NCBI GenBank assembly: GCA_965249865.1 | Contig: CBDFMZ010000001.1 | Coordinates: 128,415-192,414 of the forward strand | Direction: 5' to 3' | DNA: 64,000 nucleotides | From: Acidobacteriota bacterium | Lineage (GTDB): Bacteria > Acidobacteriota > UBA6911 > RPQK01 > CBDFMZ01 | In this document: positions 19,706 through 31,368 of the stretch, piece by piece | How the letters are laid out: every line of letters begins with the position of its first letter | How positions within the stretch are numbered: position 1 is the stretch's first letter | Translations under genes and position numbers: made by a program | Notes under the pieces: generated by a model | What the model saw: the letters and a program-made list of their open reading frames with translations, nothing else | The model's database searches: none | Told to the model about the DNA's origin: nothing

Positions 19706-20338
19706 TTATTGAATCCACTTTTCTAATGCGGCCTCGAGACGTTGTCGGTCATATTTCAGGCCATGCTCCAAATTACGATCCTGCATCCAGAGGGTCGGAT
19801 CCGGGGTTGTTTTTGTCCACGCTAGAAACGGCTTGTAGACGACAAAAATATCCCAGGCAATATTTCCTTTGGGGTACCGTAGCTGCTTGGTGTAAAGCCT
19901 GACCCCGAAACTCCAAAGATCCCAGAAGTGCTCAGCCCGCCCGTCGGACAAGTAAACGGTAGCATCGATCACCTTTGACTCACTGTCGCCCTTCAAAATG
20001 GGACTCCATAGAACGAGAATCTTGATCTTTGCATCGGGATGTTCTTGAAGAATTTCTTGGACTTGCGAAGCGCCCTGAAGACAGTGTCGACAAGTAGGAG
20101 AAAACACCAATACCAACCGCACCCTATCCGAGGCTTCGTTAAAGGCATTGATGAATTCCCTTGCACTCACGGAGAGCACGGTCACCGATTGTTTTACAAA
20201 CTCATCGCTATGGTTCAGCTGGTGCCGCTCTTGAGTCGAGGTGTGAACCAGAGGGGGTAACAGTATCAGAATTAGAGGCAGGCATCTCATATCGCTTGAA
20301 GATACCGGATTGAACCGGTTTAATGCAACTCTAAACAT
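19706..20338 (-). CDS. secreted thioredoxin-fold protein (CxxC)
   Basis: It has a signal peptide and a CRHC motif in the context LVLVFSPTCRHCL, typical of a thiol:disulfide oxidoreductase. Confidence 0.55.
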   Translation of the reverse strand: MFRVALNRFNPVSSSDMRCLPLILILLPPLVHTSTQERHQLNHSDEFVKQSVTVLSVSAREFINAFNEASDRVRLVLVFSPTCRHCLQGASQVQEILQEHPDAKIKILVLWSPILKGDSESKVIDATVYLSDGRAEHFWDLWSFGVRLYTKQLRYPKGNIAWDIFVVYKPFLAWTKTTPDPTLWMQDRNLEHGLKYDRQRLEAALEKWIQ

Positions 20339-20404
20339 CTGCTCACGTGGAGGACCGCTGTGCGATAAAAGTCGAGTAAATCGCTCTGCTAAGATCCGAA
20401 TAAA

Positions 20405-21871
20405 ATGGAGAGGCTAAAAAAAACGGATGTGAACAGATTTTTTTGGTTGTCTTTACTGATAATATTTCCTCTCTTGCCGGGTTGCATACGACAGTCCGGT
20501 TGGAACTTTCCGCCCAGGGGTCGGATGAACTACTCGACCATTGGGGAATCCTCCGGGGTCGCTGTCAGCCGAAAGCTCAAGGGTGTTTTGTGGACCCATA
20601 ATGATTCCGCGAACTCTCCGGAAATTTTCGCGGTTAAGGAGGATGGAGAGCTCATTCGAAGCTTTTTGATTGCGGGGGCGGAGAATCACGACTGGGAAGA
20701 CATTGCTTTGGATGAAAGGGGGAATCTCTACATTCTCGACAATACCTCTCGAAGCGATCCGCAGAATCGGAGCACGGTTTATGTCCTGCCCGAACCCGAC
20801 CCCTTCCAGGACAAGGTGGCACAAGATCCAAAGAAGTTCACCATCCGTTTTCCTGATGGAGCTTTTGACTGTGAGACCCTTTTTGCTTGGGACGATAAGG
20901 TCTACCTGGTGACGAAACCCTGGGATGGAAAGCTTCCACGAATCTATTACTTTGATGATGTGGGACAAGATGGAACTGCCAGCTTTGTCGGTAATGTTCC
21001 CCTACGTACCATGATTACGGGAGGAGATATCACTGCCCTGGGAAACCGCATCGTCCTTTCCTCGTATCGTGCTCTCTTGATTTTTCAGGGATCTGGTCCA
21101 CCGGAAACTTTACTGCAGTCGGATCCGTTGATCTGTCCGCTGAACGCACGACAGGTTGAAGGAGTGAGCTGGAAAGGGCAGGACTTGATTCTGACAAACG
21201 AACAGAGAGAAATCTTTCTGGTTTCTCGCCCTCAATGGGAAGATCAGAAAGCACCTTTTCTGCACAGTCCCAAAAAGAATGTTCCTTTCGTCGCGAGCAA
21301 ACCCTCCGTTGAGCAACCACTTAAGAGCTGGCCTCGAGGTGAATGGTTGAAAATGACGCTGGAGGGTTCTTGCAGGAGGCTTGGGCGCGTGGTTTGGAGT
21401 CTTGACGGCTTGTACCTTGGCATCGAGCTGCCAACCGGTATGCGCCTCCGACCCGTGACCCTCTACCCTCCAACAGGCTACGAACACTGGTTTCTGTCCG
21501 GTAGTTTTTACCTAATGATCAACCCTGATGGGACACGACCTCTGGTGTACGGAGAAAACGATCGTTGCATTCTAATTGGCCGTTCTTCGGAGGGCAGTTT
21601 AATCGCGCAGGTGCGCCAATTACAGCCGGCTACTTTTATTGAATCGGCCGAAAACATGCCCGACTGGATCCGGATTGAGGAAAGAGGTCAGCGGCTACTC
21701 GTAACGCTGACATCAGAGACTCCAGCCCTGACTCTCGGTGCTGATTCCCAGATGGGTTTCAACCTCCTGATGATTGATGAAAAGGGTCAGATCATTTCTT
21801 GGACTCTTTTGACCGACCGTTTTTCCTGGGACTCCCCCAGTATATGGGGACTGCTTAAACTGAACCGATAA
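20405..21871 (+). CDS. hypothetical lipoprotein (LLPGC lipobox), 488 aa
   Basis: It has a signal peptide plus a lipobox. I recognise no family; the N-terminal region may be beta-propeller-like. Confidence 0.55.
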   Translation: MERLKKTDVNRFFWLSLLIIFPLLPGCIRQSGWNFPPRGRMNYSTIGESSGVAVSRKLKGVLWTHNDSANSPEIFAVKEDGELIRSFLIAGAENHDWEDIALDERGNLYILDNTSRSDPQNRSTVYVLPEPDPFQDKVAQDPKKFTIRFPDGAFDCETLFAWDDKVYLVTKPWDGKLPRIYYFDDVGQDGTASFVGNVPLRTMITGGDITALGNRIVLSSYRALLIFQGSGPPETLLQSDPLICPLNARQVEGVSWKGQDLILTNEQREIFLVSRPQWEDQKAPFLHSPKKNVPFVASKPSVEQPLKSWPRGEWLKMTLEGSCRRLGRVVWSLDGLYLGIELPTGMRLRPVTLYPPTGYEHWFLSGSFYLMINPDGTRPLVYGENDRCILIGRSSEGSLIAQVRQLQPATFIESAENMPDWIRIEERGQRLLVTLTSETPALTLGADSQMGFNLLMIDEKGQIISWTLLTDRFSWDSPSIWGLLKLNR

Positions 21872-21989
21872 AGCCGAAAGGTTACGTGGAGATAGTCGGT
21901 CCTCTACCACAGCCCCGTTTGCGGCGAAATCACAACTCCACTTTGAACTCCCTTGTACTGACCTGTTCAAAGTTCCTGCTGGGAGAGGC

Positions 21990-23417
21990 CTATTTAACCC
22001 AGCCACTCTGCACGGCCAGTCCTAAGACCACACAGCTAGTGATCACCACCACCGACGCCAGCAGTAGAACTGCTGCGAACCATCCCATCCGGACACGACG
22101 ATCGGTCCTGAACGCCAACCAACAGATACCAGCCATTGCCAAGGGGGTACCGACCAACCCGATAACGTAGTGGCTAAAGATCACCAGTGTCGCGGGCGGT
22201 GCCTGCAAACACAAAAACAGCAGCAGCACACTTGTCAGGAACACCCCCTGCATCACCTGATGGGATCGCTGTAGAGATCGTCTTCGATCCACGAAACCAA
22301 GGCTGCACAACAGGTCCGTGTACAAGCGGCCATTCGCTGCGGTGGCGGCCAGCAACGTCGAGAACAGGGTGAAAAATGCCCCGAGCAAAAATACGCTGCG
22401 TGACCAGTTCCCATAGGTTTGCGTGAAAATTCCAGACATCTGTCCAACGATGCCGATTCCTTGTGGACTCTGGCCCTGACGGTAAAGAATCGCGGCTCCC
22501 AGCAGGAAGTATGCGGATGTGACGATTGTCGCAAGCAGAGTGGCCAACCCGGCATCGATTCGCATCATGCGTACCCACCCCCGGGCGCGCTCCAACCAAC
22601 CCGCCTGCTCGCGCGAGCCTACGTTCTTGGCATAGCCCTTCTCGAGCAGCCAGTACGGGTAGACGAATAGTTCATGTCCCGCAACCCCCAATCCACCCAT
22701 CAGGCTAATGACAGCGTAAGCAGCCAGCCGCGGTGTCTTCTCGCCTAGCGAGAAGGTCAAACCGGCGAAGATTTCGTCCCAGCCAATCCGGTACTCCGTG
22801 CCCTGCAACATAACCAGACCCAGGACAACCGAGACACTGAATCCAACCACCAGCACTACCATGAGCCTCTCCAACTGCCAATACAGGCTCTTCCACAGCA
22901 GAAGTAGCACCGACAGGGCCACGATCACCGCCCACAACTGAACCGACCGGCTAGCCTCCAAGGGCAGCGGCACCACACCGTGAATAAGCCCCGCCAAGGC
23001 CCCGATAATCCCGGCCGATCCAATCTGTGCAATCGTCCAGCTGAACATGAAGGCCAACACGATCCACGATGTGTTCCGCAGCTTCGGCCCAGGCTGCCGG
23101 TTGAGTGCTTCGAAAACTGTCCGGCCATGGACCAAGCAATGCCGGCCGATTTCCACCTGCAGAAAATATTTAATCAGACACGATAAGATTACGGCCCACA
23201 GCAATACAAACCCGAATTCGGCTGCCTGCACCGGCGTATTGATCAACTCACCGGAACCGATCACACCTCCCGTGAGCACAATGCCCGGCCCCAGGGTCAG
23301 CATCATTGGAAAAAACCCTCTAGGGGAGGATCTGACTTCTCTGTGTTCAGTTTGGTTCACTTCATCCATCTCCTTGCTCCCAACGGCCTGCAATCGACCA
23401 TCGGACAAATATCCCAC
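21990..23417 (-). CDS. NRAMP-family metal-ion transporter (divergent; DPGN replaced by GSGE)
   Basis: GPGIVLTGGVIGSGELINTPVQAAEFGFVLLW aligns with Nramp TM1 ([28 protein letters not shown].LLW). It has about 11 TM segments. GC looks higher than in the surroundings. Confidence 0.6.
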   Translation of the reverse strand: MGYLSDGRLQAVGSKEMDEVNQTEHREVRSSPRGFFPMMLTLGPGIVLTGGVIGSGELINTPVQAAEFGFVLLWAVILSCLIKYFLQVEIGRHCLVHGRTVFEALNRQPGPKLRNTSWIVLAFMFSWTIAQIGSAGIIGALAGLIHGVVPLPLEASRSVQLWAVIVALSVLLLLWKSLYWQLERLMVVLVVGFSVSVVLGLVMLQGTEYRIGWDEIFAGLTFSLGEKTPRLAAYAVISLMGGLGVAGHELFVYPYWLLEKGYAKNVGSREQAGWLERARGWVRMMRIDAGLATLLATIVTSAYFLLGAAILYRQGQSPQGIGIVGQMSGIFTQTYGNWSRSVFLLGAFFTLFSTLLAATAANGRLYTDLLCSLGFVDRRRSLQRSHQVMQGVFLTSVLLLFLCLQAPPATLVIFSHYVIGLVGTPLAMAGICWLAFRTDRRVRMGWFAAVLLLASVVVITSCVVLGLAVQSGWVK

Positions 23418-23681
23418 TCCGCGGGTGCGGGCCTCTTTTGTGAGCCAATGTTGCAGCTAAAATTGAGAATCCCGATCTAAGTGTTTTACTCCTACTTTCC
23501 GGAGGAGTATAGGGAGATCGAAAAAATGAGTCAAAATAGGCTCAGACACACAGTGCTCAGGATCTATCGTGAGGGATAGCCAAACGGCCACAACGTCCCT
23601 CTCCTGCTCGCTTCCACCGATTGGCTTGTTCCACACAAGAAAAAGTCCGGCATCTCGCTAAGACGCTAGAAAGCAGGCTCC

Positions 23682-24488
23682 TCAGACAGCCTCCAAATGT
23701 CGAAGAGCTAAATCGATCTCCCCTATGATCTCTTCAGCTTTCCTCACCCTGTCCTCTGCACTCTTAATGGGCCTTCCAACTACTAGATAATCTGCACCAT
23801 TGACGATGGCCTCGTAAGGCGTTACAGCGCGCTTGTGATCGTTAAGCAACTCGCCCGCAGGACGTATACCAGGGCAAACCAAGATCGGCTCATCTCCAAA
23901 TCTATGTCTTAACATCTTGGCGTTCTGCCCGGAGGCGATCCACCCATCACATCCGTGACTAAGTGTTTGTTCAGCTTCCCAGATAATGTAGTCCTCTAAA
24001 CTTGCGAATTTACTTTTATGCCCGATCACCAACAAATCACGAAGATCTTGCTCATCTAAACTGGTGAGAAGCGTCAAAGACAAGATTTTCAAGTTCGTAC
24101 CACGCTTGCCGGCCGCAGCTGCCTCAGCCGTAAAACCACCTCCACAAACGGTTAGAAATCTCACCCCAAGGCGGGCAGCCTCCTTTACCGAACTATAGAC
24201 CGTGTGCGGGACATCGTTCATTTTCAGATCTAGAAATACATCCAACTTGTGATCGATCAGCTTCTTAATCACCTCCCGACCGGTCGCGACAAAGAGCTGA
24301 AGACCGACTTTGAAAAAACTGATAGTGTCTTTTAACTCGTGAACAAGAGCTTCAGCCTCTTCGCTTGATCCTACGTCGAGCGCGAAGATAAGGCGATCCT
24401 TGGCGTCCAAGTGTTTTGGCTCAGACTTCATTGCTTTTCTCCGTAGTCTGACTGACGCGTTTCGGTGAGAAAGAGAGCGAGCTGCCAA
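23682..24488 (-). CDS. pyrF: orotidine 5'-phosphate decarboxylase
   Basis: It has the DRLIFALDV...KVGLQLF...LDLKMNDVPHT motifs. carB ends 1 nt upstream of it. Confidence 0.85.
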   Translation of the reverse strand: MAARSLSHRNASVRLRRKAMKSEPKHLDAKDRLIFALDVGSSEEAEALVHELKDTISFFKVGLQLFVATGREVIKKLIDHKLDVFLDLKMNDVPHTVYSSVKEAARLGVRFLTVCGGGFTAEAAAAGKRGTNLKILSLTLLTSLDEQDLRDLLVIGHKSKFASLEDYIIWEAEQTLSHGCDGWIASGQNAKMLRHRFGDEPILVCPGIRPAGELLNDHKRAVTPYEAIVNGADYLVVGRPIKSAEDRVRKAEEIIGEIDLALRHLEAV

Positions 24489-24489
24489 T

Positions 24490-27400
24490 TCAGGACAATG
24501 TCTCTTGCCCCACCAAGCCGTGGTACTCGTGGAGGCTTTTCACACTAATCTTTTCCTGCTGCAGCGCTCGAATGGCGCTGACGGCAGCAGCGGCGGCCGA
24601 GAGGGTAGTAATGCACGGTGTGTTAAATTGAGAACAAGCGCGCCGGATGGCTTTCTCATCATAAAACGACTCCCGGCCCAATGGAGTGTTCACTACCAGA
24701 TCGATCTTCTTGCTCTTAATGAGGTCGACCACGTTGGGACGGCCTTCATTGACTTTATAAACCGTTTCGACGTCAAGACCCGTTTCGTCCAAACACCGGG
24801 CGGTGCCGCGGGTCGCAATAATCCGAAACCCGAGGTCCTGAAAATCTCTTGTAATATTGGTGATAAAGCGCTTATCTCGTTGATTGACGCTGACAAAAAC
24901 AGTGCCTCCCTTAGGGTAATAAACTCCCGCGCTTATCTGGGCTTTGGCATAAGCATAGCCAAAACTGTCCGAAGTCCCCATGACCTCTCCCGTGGATTTC
25001 ATCTCGGGTCCCAAAATTGTGTCGACTTTTGGAAACTTGTTGAAGGGAAAAACCGGGGTCTTAACAGCATATGAACGGACCTGGAGATCATCTATTACAC
25101 CCAGTTCCTCCAGCTTCTTGCCGATAATCAGCTGAGCAGCTATTTTAGCCAGAGGAACGCCGGTCGCCTTACTGACAAAGGGGACCGTCCGGCTGGCTCT
25201 GGGATTCACCTCTAGAACGTGTACTTTGTTTTCCACTACTGCAAACTGAACGTTCATCAGACCCACAACTCGGAGTGCAGACCCCAATTGACGGGTGTAC
25301 TCCCGAATCGTCTCCAGGTGCTCTTTCTCAATAACAATGGGAGGCAAAACCGAGGTGCTGTCTCCGGAATGAATACCGGCTTCTTCGATGTGTTCCATGA
25401 TGCCCCCAATGACCACCCGATCTCCATCTGATAAGGCGTCAACATCATACTCCCGGGCGTCCTCGAGAAACCGGTCAATGAGAACTGGATGCTCTGGAGA
25501 CACTTCGACAGCAGAACTGACGTATTTTTCCAATGATTTTTCATCGTAAATGATGGCCATCGCCCGGCCACCCAGCACATAAGAAGGACGCACCAGAATG
25601 GGGTAGCCTATTTGTCGAGCAACCTCCCTTGACTCCTCAACGGACATGGCGGTGCCGTTATCGGGTTGGAGGATTTGTAAATCGTTCAGAAGTTTACCGA
25701 ACCTCTTTCGATCCTCTGCCAAATCGATGTACTCGGGAGGTGTTCCGAGGATCGGAACACCTACATTATGAAGTTTCAGAGCGAGCTTCAGCGGAGTTTG
25801 GCCACCGAACTGAACGATCACCCCTTCCGGGTGTTCCTTGTCCACGATGGTCATTACATCTTCAAAGACCACCGGCTCAAAGTACAGTCGGTCCGAGCTG
25901 TCGTAGTCGGTCGAGACCGTCTCCGGATTGCAATTAACCATGATGGTCTCAAAACCAGCTTCTTTGAAGGCAAAGGCCGCATGGCAGCAACAGTAATCGA
26001 ACTCGATTCCCTGCCCGATGCGATTGGGACCACTTCCCAAAATCATGATCTTTCGGCGCTTGGTCGGCTGTGCTTCATCCTCGCTCTCGTATGTCGAGTA
26101 GAGGTAAGGAGTATACGATTCAAACTCCGCCGCGCAGGTATCGATTCTTTTGAAAACGGGAAGCAGGTTGTGCTTCTTGCGATAAATCCAAACTTCCTGC
26201 TCTGTCACTGGGGAATTTTTGCTAAAGATCTCCGCCAGTCGAAGATCGGACAATCCTTCCCGTTTGGCCTTGCGCACCAGTTCCGGATCAATACTTTGCA
26301 AATCGAAAACTTTCCATTGCTGAACTAAACGAACGACCTGCTGAATCTGATGGAGAAACCAGCGATCGATCTTTGTGAGCTCGTAAATCTCATCAAGGTT
26401 GTATCCCTCAAGCATGGCCAGCCTTATGTATGCCAATCTGTGGGGATTGGGTTGAATGAGGTTTTCCCGAATCCGATCCTTAAAAACCTTCTCCCCGGCT
26501 AATGTCTTTCCAGTCTCCAGGGAGCGCAGCCCTTTCAGCAAAGCTTCTCGGAACGTTCGACCGATAGCCATAACCTCTCCCACCGACTTCATTTGCGTGC
26601 CCAGGATCGGTTCGGCTTCAGGGAATTTTTCAAAATTCCACTTTGGAATCTTGACCACCACATAATCCAGAGTAGGTTCAAAAGAGGCCGGCGTCTTCAG
26701 TGTAATGTCGTTTGGAATTTCATCCAAGGTGTAGCCTATCGCCAACTTGGCCGCGATTTTGGCGATGGGGAATCCCGTGGCCTTAGAGGCTAAAGCAGAG
26801 CTTCTGCTGACCCGTGGATTCATCTCAATCACCACCATACGGCCGCTCTCCGGGTTCACTGCAAACTGTATGTTGGAACCTCCCGTCTCCACCCCCACCT
26901 TGCGAATGATGCCGATCGCAGCATCACGCATCCGTTGATATTCTTTGTCGGTCAGAGTCTGTGCCGGCGCCACCGTGATAGAATCCCCAGTGTGCACCCC
27001 CATAGGATCAAAGTTCTCAATGGAACAAATGATCACCACATTGTCATTGAGGTCTCGCATGACCTCCAGTTCAAACTCTTTCCAGCCAATGATAGATTCT
27101 TCCACCAAGATTTCGTGGATTAGGGATAAGTGTAAGCCGCGAGTGGCGATCTCTTCAAACTCCTCGCTGTTAAAAGCGATCCCTCCCCCCGACCCCCCCA
27201 TTGTGTAAGACGGTCGAATCACCGCCGGAAGTCCCACTCCTTCCAAGATCGCGACGGCTTCTTTGAGGCTGTTGGCAAAACCGGAATGAGGTACTTCCAG
27301 TCCAATCTCTTCCATGGCCGCCCGAAACTGGCGACGGTCTTCAGCAATCCGGATCGCATTTAGGCGTGCTCCAATCATCTCCACGCCAAACTTTTCCAGG

Positions 27401-27738
27401 ATGCCTCGCTCACAAAGTTCAACCGAGACATTTAGGCCGGTCTGGCCTCCTACCGTGGGCAGCAAGGCATCCGGCCGTTCCCGCTTGATGATTTCAGCCA
27501 AGAAATCACAGTTGATCGGTTCAATATAAGTCCGAGTGGCTAATTCCTGATCCGTCATGATGGTTGCAGGATTACTGTTGACCAAAATGACCTCGAATCC
27601 ATCACCGATAAGGGCCTTACAGGCCTGGGTCCCCGAATAGTCAAACTCGCAAGCTTGACCAATGACAATCGGCCCCGACCCGATGATTAAAACTTTCTTG
27701 ATATCGTCTCTTCTAGGCATGAGATGACTCCCAGGCAC
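24490..27738 (-). CDS. carB: carbamoyl-phosphate synthase large subunit
   Basis: 1082 aa with duplicated ATP-grasp domains and an MGS-like C-terminal domain; the conservation is unmistakable. Confidence 0.95.
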   Translation of the reverse strand: MPGSHLMPRRDDIKKVLIIGSGPIVIGQACEFDYSGTQACKALIGDGFEVILVNSNPATIMTDQELATRTYIEPINCDFLAEIIKRERPDALLPTVGGQTGLNVSVELCERGILEKFGVEMIGARLNAIRIAEDRRQFRAAMEEIGLEVPHSGFANSLKEAVAILEGVGLPAVIRPSYTMGGSGGGIAFNSEEFEEIATRGLHLSLIHEILVEESIIGWKEFELEVMRDLNDNVVIICSIENFDPMGVHTGDSITVAPAQTLTDKEYQRMRDAAIGIIRKVGVETGGSNIQFAVNPESGRMVVIEMNPRVSRSSALASKATGFPIAKIAAKLAIGYTLDEIPNDITLKTPASFEPTLDYVVVKIPKWNFEKFPEAEPILGTQMKSVGEVMAIGRTFREALLKGLRSLETGKTLAGEKVFKDRIRENLIQPNPHRLAYIRLAMLEGYNLDEIYELTKIDRWFLHQIQQVVRLVQQWKVFDLQSIDPELVRKAKREGLSDLRLAEIFSKNSPVTEQEVWIYRKKHNLLPVFKRIDTCAAEFESYTPYLYSTYESEDEAQPTKRRKIMILGSGPNRIGQGIEFDYCCCHAAFAFKEAGFETIMVNCNPETVSTDYDSSDRLYFEPVVFEDVMTIVDKEHPEGVIVQFGGQTPLKLALKLHNVGVPILGTPPEYIDLAEDRKRFGKLLNDLQILQPDNGTAMSVEESREVARQIGYPILVRPSYVLGGRAMAIIYDEKSLEKYVSSAVEVSPEHPVLIDRFLEDAREYDVDALSDGDRVVIGGIMEHIEEAGIHSGDSTSVLPPIVIEKEHLETIREYTRQLGSALRVVGLMNVQFAVVENKVHVLEVNPRASRTVPFVSKATGVPLAKIAAQLIIGKKLEELGVIDDLQVRSYAVKTPVFPFNKFPKVDTILGPEMKSTGEVMGTSDSFGYAYAKAQISAGVYYPKGGTVFVSVNQRDKRFITNITRDFQDLGFRIIATRGTARCLDETGLDVETVYKVNEGRPNVVDLIKSKKIDLVVNTPLGRESFYDEKAIRRACSQFNTPCITTLSAAAAAVSAIRALQQEKISVKSLHEYHGLVGQETLS

Positions 27739-27965
27739 TCTCCTCAGACGATTGACCGTCGATTACTGACCGCAGCCGGCAAATGTCACGGAGACCAAGG
27801 GGTCGACCCAGGCGAACCGCACTATGTCTCAGTCTCCAATTATTCATCAGACAGGACACTAGCCGAGTTGCTGAAAAGTGCAAGCTCATGGTTTTACTTT
27901 GACTCACTTTTCACCCATCGCTTCGGTCACCGTTCACACGCTTGTAACTCCACCTCTTCCCGTGA

Positions 27966-29063
27966 TCAACAGGTCGCTTTCTCCTTCATCAGCTGAATAA
28001 AATCATCGAACAGATACAGTGAATCATGAGGACCCGGGGAAGCCTCCGGATGGTACTGCACCGAGTAGACCGGAAGGTATCGATGGCGGATACCTTCCAG
28101 AGTCCGGTCGTTCAAGTTCATGTGGGTAAACTGAACCACACGGTCCTCCAGGGAATCGGAATCCACCGCGAAACCATGGTTATGGCAGGTGATTTCAATC
28201 TTGTTGGTTATCAAGTTCTTCACTGGCTGGTTTCCCCCCCGGTGTCCGAACTTTAGCTTGTAAGTTTTTCCTCCCAAAGCCAGCCCCAACAGTTGATGTC
28301 CCAAACAGATGCCAAAAATAGGCTTCACACCGATTAGTTTCTTAACATTTTTCACCACGTACTCAAGAGGTTCTGGATCTCCCGGCCCGTTGGACAAAAA
28401 GACTCCGTCAGGGTTAAGGGCCAAAACATCCTCTGCCCCGGTTGTGGCAGGTACAATCGTCATATCACAGCCTCGCTCAGCCAAGCAGTTCAAAATATTG
28501 GTTTTAACTCCAAAATCATAGACCACCACCCGATAACAAGGATGCTCACTTGAACGTGAATAAACCTGATCTGTGGTGACCGAGCGGACATAGTCGCTTC
28601 CAGTCATCTTGGGATGTTCAAAAACCTTGCGCCGCAGGGAATCGGGGTCAAAATCGAGTGTGGAAATTATCGCCCGCATAGTACCCCTTTTCCGAATGTG
28701 TCGAACTAGAGCACGTGTGTCAATCTCTGAAATTCCAGAAATACGGTTCTCACGAAGGTATTCGTCCAACGTTTTTTGACCTCTCCAATTGCTGAAGAGC
28801 GGACTACACTCTCTCACCACAAATCCTTCAACAAAGGTTCGTCGCGACTCCTCGTCAGCCGAATTGGTTCCATAATTGCCCATTTCAGGTTGGGTCATCA
28901 CCAGGATTTGACCAGCGTAAGATGGGTCAGTCAGTATTTCCTGGTAGCCCAACATTGAGGTATTAAACACGACTTCGCCCAGAGATTCCCCCTGCACTCC
29001 GAAGGCGATACCCACAAAAGAAACCCCATCTTCAAGGTATAAAATTGCTTCTGATTCTTGCAT
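27966..29063 (-). CDS. carA: carbamoyl-phosphate synthase small subunit (glutaminase)
   Basis: GICLGHQLL is the class-I GATase catalytic Cys motif; 365 aa. Confidence 0.9.
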   Translation of the reverse strand: MQESEAILYLEDGVSFVGIAFGVQGESLGEVVFNTSMLGYQEILTDPSYAGQILVMTQPEMGNYGTNSADEESRRTFVEGFVVRECSPLFSNWRGQKTLDEYLRENRISGISEIDTRALVRHIRKRGTMRAIISTLDFDPDSLRRKVFEHPKMTGSDYVRSVTTDQVYSRSSEHPCYRVVVYDFGVKTNILNCLAERGCDMTIVPATTGAEDVLALNPDGVFLSNGPGDPEPLEYVVKNVKKLIGVKPIFGICLGHQLLGLALGGKTYKLKFGHRGGNQPVKNLITNKIEITCHNHGFAVDSDSLEDRVVQFTHMNLNDRTLEGIRHRYLPVYSVQYHPEASPGPHDSLYLFDDFIQLMKEKATC

Positions 29064-29158
29064 ATTTCAGGTGCACTCAGGGTTCGGGACGAAGGCTACC
29101 CGAGTCTAGGAGTACTTACGTTTGGCCTGGTTTCCTGCTGCGACGCCTTTTCCCCTGC

Positions 29159-29755
29159 TCAGTTTATTAACCCCATTTTTGCAACTGGCCAGTATCGAAA
29201 AATGGCCTTCCCAAAGATATTTCCTTTTGGAACAAACCCCCAGTTGCGGCTATCGTTACTCGAATTGCGGTGATCACCTAACACAAAATAATGTTCTGCA
29301 AGAACAATTTTGGGACCATAAGACGTCAGGTCAAAATAACTGATGTTGACATAGGGCTCCGCCAACTCTCTTCCATTGATAAAAACACTACCTGAGAGGA
29401 TTTGGACCGTTTCGCCGGGGAGCCCTATTACCCTTTTTATAAACGACTTGGAGTGATCTTTGGGATACCAAAAAACGACAATGTCACCGCGCTCGATGCT
29501 TGAGAAGTGATACACAAACTTATTCACAAAAATTCGTTCCTGGTCCACCAGGTGAGGCTGCATACTGGTACCTTCAACTTTGACCGGCTGGACCACAAAC
29601 ACAACAAGTAGGATGGCTGCTATCACAGCAAAAAAGATATCTTTCGCCCAACCACCCACTTCGCCGAAGAGAATCGGAAGACCATACCTTTTCCCCGACC
29701 CCACAACTGCTTCGTCGGTGGATCCCTTTCCCGATTGATGGCGCTCTTCTGACAT
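29159..29755 (-). CDS. lepB: signal peptidase I
   Basis: It has the GTSMQPHL (Ser box), RVIGLPGE (Lys box) and GDHRNSSNDSRNWGFVP motifs. Confidence 0.85.
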   Translation of the reverse strand: MSEERHQSGKGSTDEAVVGSGKRYGLPILFGEVGGWAKDIFFAVIAAILLVVFVVQPVKVEGTSMQPHLVDQERIFVNKFVYHFSSIERGDIVVFWYPKDHSKSFIKRVIGLPGETVQILSGSVFINGRELAEPYVNISYFDLTSYGPKIVLAEHYFVLGDHRNSSNDSRNWGFVPKGNIFGKAIFRYWPVAKMGLIN

Positions 29756-30224
29756 TTCTCAGTCGGTTCTCTCTCTTTTGAATCATAGATAACATAAGTC
29801 CGAAAATGAAAACAACCCTCCCCTGGCAGCCTGTGGTGAAAATCGCATGGAGTCTCGCTTCGGGTTGAGGTGGTATAAATTCGTCCCCAGTGTAACACCT
29901 CCTCGACAATGACCCAGCATCGCCTCGATCGGCGTGCCTTGAATCGGAGCTCACGGCGGATCGCAACGCAACCCGCAGAACTTTCACCACGGGCTGCTAG
30001 TTTACGCGGCCTTTCCCCCCTGAATGAAGGAAAATCGACACAATAATTTTGAAACACTCAGCTAACAATACTTGCCGGACTTGCAGCCCATTAAGATTTT
30101 GTTCTCACCATAATTTGTGGTTTACTGCCGTTTGAGTTTGTGGTAGTTAAAGCCTTCTCAAAACTTTACAAGTAACCAAATCATCGCGGTTCAGGGAACC
30201 GCTTTCGCTCACAGGGTTGAAAAG

Positions 30225-30770
30225 TTGGTCCCAAGGGAAATCTATCTGACCAAAGGAGTAGGCAGGCACCAGGAGAAATTGACCAGCTTTGAACTCTCAC
30301 TGCGCGACGCGGGAATTGCTTCTTTCAATTTGGTTCGCACCTCGAGTATTTTTCCGCCCCACTGCAAGCTGATCCAGAGAAAGCGGGGATTGGAAAAGCT
30401 GACACCGGGTGAAGTGGTTTTCACGGTCATGAGTGAAAGTGCAACGAATGAGCCCAATCGCCTGATTGCCGCGTCGGTGGGATTGGCCATGCCCCGAGAC
30501 CGCAGCCAGTACGGCTATCTCAGCGAACACCATAGCTGGGGACAAACAGAACGGATCTCCGGCGACTATGCCGAGGACCTGGCCGCTGAAATGCTGGCCA
30601 CAACTCTTGGTGTCGATTTTGATCCCAATCAGAGCTGGGATAAGAAGCGAGAAATCTGGAGAATCTCAGATCTAATCGTCAAGACCATTAATGTTACTCA
30701 ATCCGCCGTCGGTGACAGACAGGGATTGTGGACCACCGTCATCGCAGCTGCAGTCTTGCTCCTAAAATAG
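30225..30770 (+). CDS. pdaD: pyruvoyl-dependent arginine decarboxylase
   Basis: [44 protein letters not shown] matches PdaD, including the self-processing serine region. It has a TTG start. Confidence 0.8.
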   Translation: MVPREIYLTKGVGRHQEKLTSFELSLRDAGIASFNLVRTSSIFPPHCKLIQRKRGLEKLTPGEVVFTVMSESATNEPNRLIAASVGLAMPRDRSQYGYLSEHHSWGQTERISGDYAEDLAAEMLATTLGVDFDPNQSWDKKREIWRISDLIVKTINVTQSAVGDRQGLWTTVIAAAVLLLK

Positions 30771-30778
30771 CCATCGTT

Positions 30779-31336
30779 TCAAACCGACAGAATCTCTTTC
30801 TCCTTCTGTTCGGCAAACGTCCCAATCTGACCGATATAGTCATCGGTGATTTCTTGCACCTGTTGCACACCTCGAAACTCACTGTCCTCCGAAATCTCCT
30901 TGTCCTTGAGCAACTTTCTTAACCGGTCATTGGTATCCCGACGGATCTGACGGATGGCCGTACGGTGCTCTTCGGCGATTTTCCCCACTTGCCTGCCCAG
31001 AGTGATTCGTCTTTCCTGGGTCAAAGGAGGGATTGGGATACGAATAATGTAGCCATCGTTGGAAGGATTTACGCCAAGATTGGAAGCCAGGATCGCCTTT
31101 TCAATATTTTGAATTTGCGAATGATCCCACGGCTGAACCGTAATCATACTTGGTTCCGGAACGTGCAAGGTAGCGGTCTGGTTAAGGGGAGTTCGGTTAC
31201 CATAATAATCGATAGTCACCTGGTCCAAAAGGTGTACCGAGGCGCGTCCGGTGCGAACGGATGCCAGCGTCCGAGTTAGGTCGCCAATTGTCTTACTCAT
31301 ACGTTGCTTCATCTCAGCAAGTATCTGTTCGATCAT
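30779..31336 (-). CDS. frr: ribosome recycling factor
   Basis: 185 aa with the typical RRF N- and C-termini. It sits in the conserved rpsB-tsf-pyrH-frr order. Confidence 0.9.
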   Translation of the reverse strand: MIEQILAEMKQRMSKTIGDLTRTLASVRTGRASVHLLDQVTIDYYGNRTPLNQTATLHVPEPSMITVQPWDHSQIQNIEKAILASNLGVNPSNDGYIIRIPIPPLTQERRITLGRQVGKIAEEHRTAIRQIRRDTNDRLRKLLKDKEISEDSEFRGVQQVQEITDDYIGQIGTFAEQKEKEILSV

Positions 31337-31368
31337 AGCGGTCGTGGTGAAGCCTCGGCTCTTCTCTC

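Noticed and set aside
22174-23186. Cluster of overlapping ORFs on both strands within the Nramp-like gene
   Set aside because: They are a consequence of locally elevated GC. The transporter reading frame explains the region.
24505-27529. Several 60-190-aa ORFs on the plus strand inside carB (e.g. 24505..25074, 25768..26328)
   Set aside because: They are antisense to a highly conserved gene, have no recognisable motifs, and are typical shadow ORFs in GC-moderate DNA.
29574-30057. ORFs 29574..29990 and 29623..30057 overlapping lepB and its upstream region
   Set aside because: They run out-of-frame over lepB with Arg/Ser-rich junk translations. This is the lepB/pdaD divergent promoter region.
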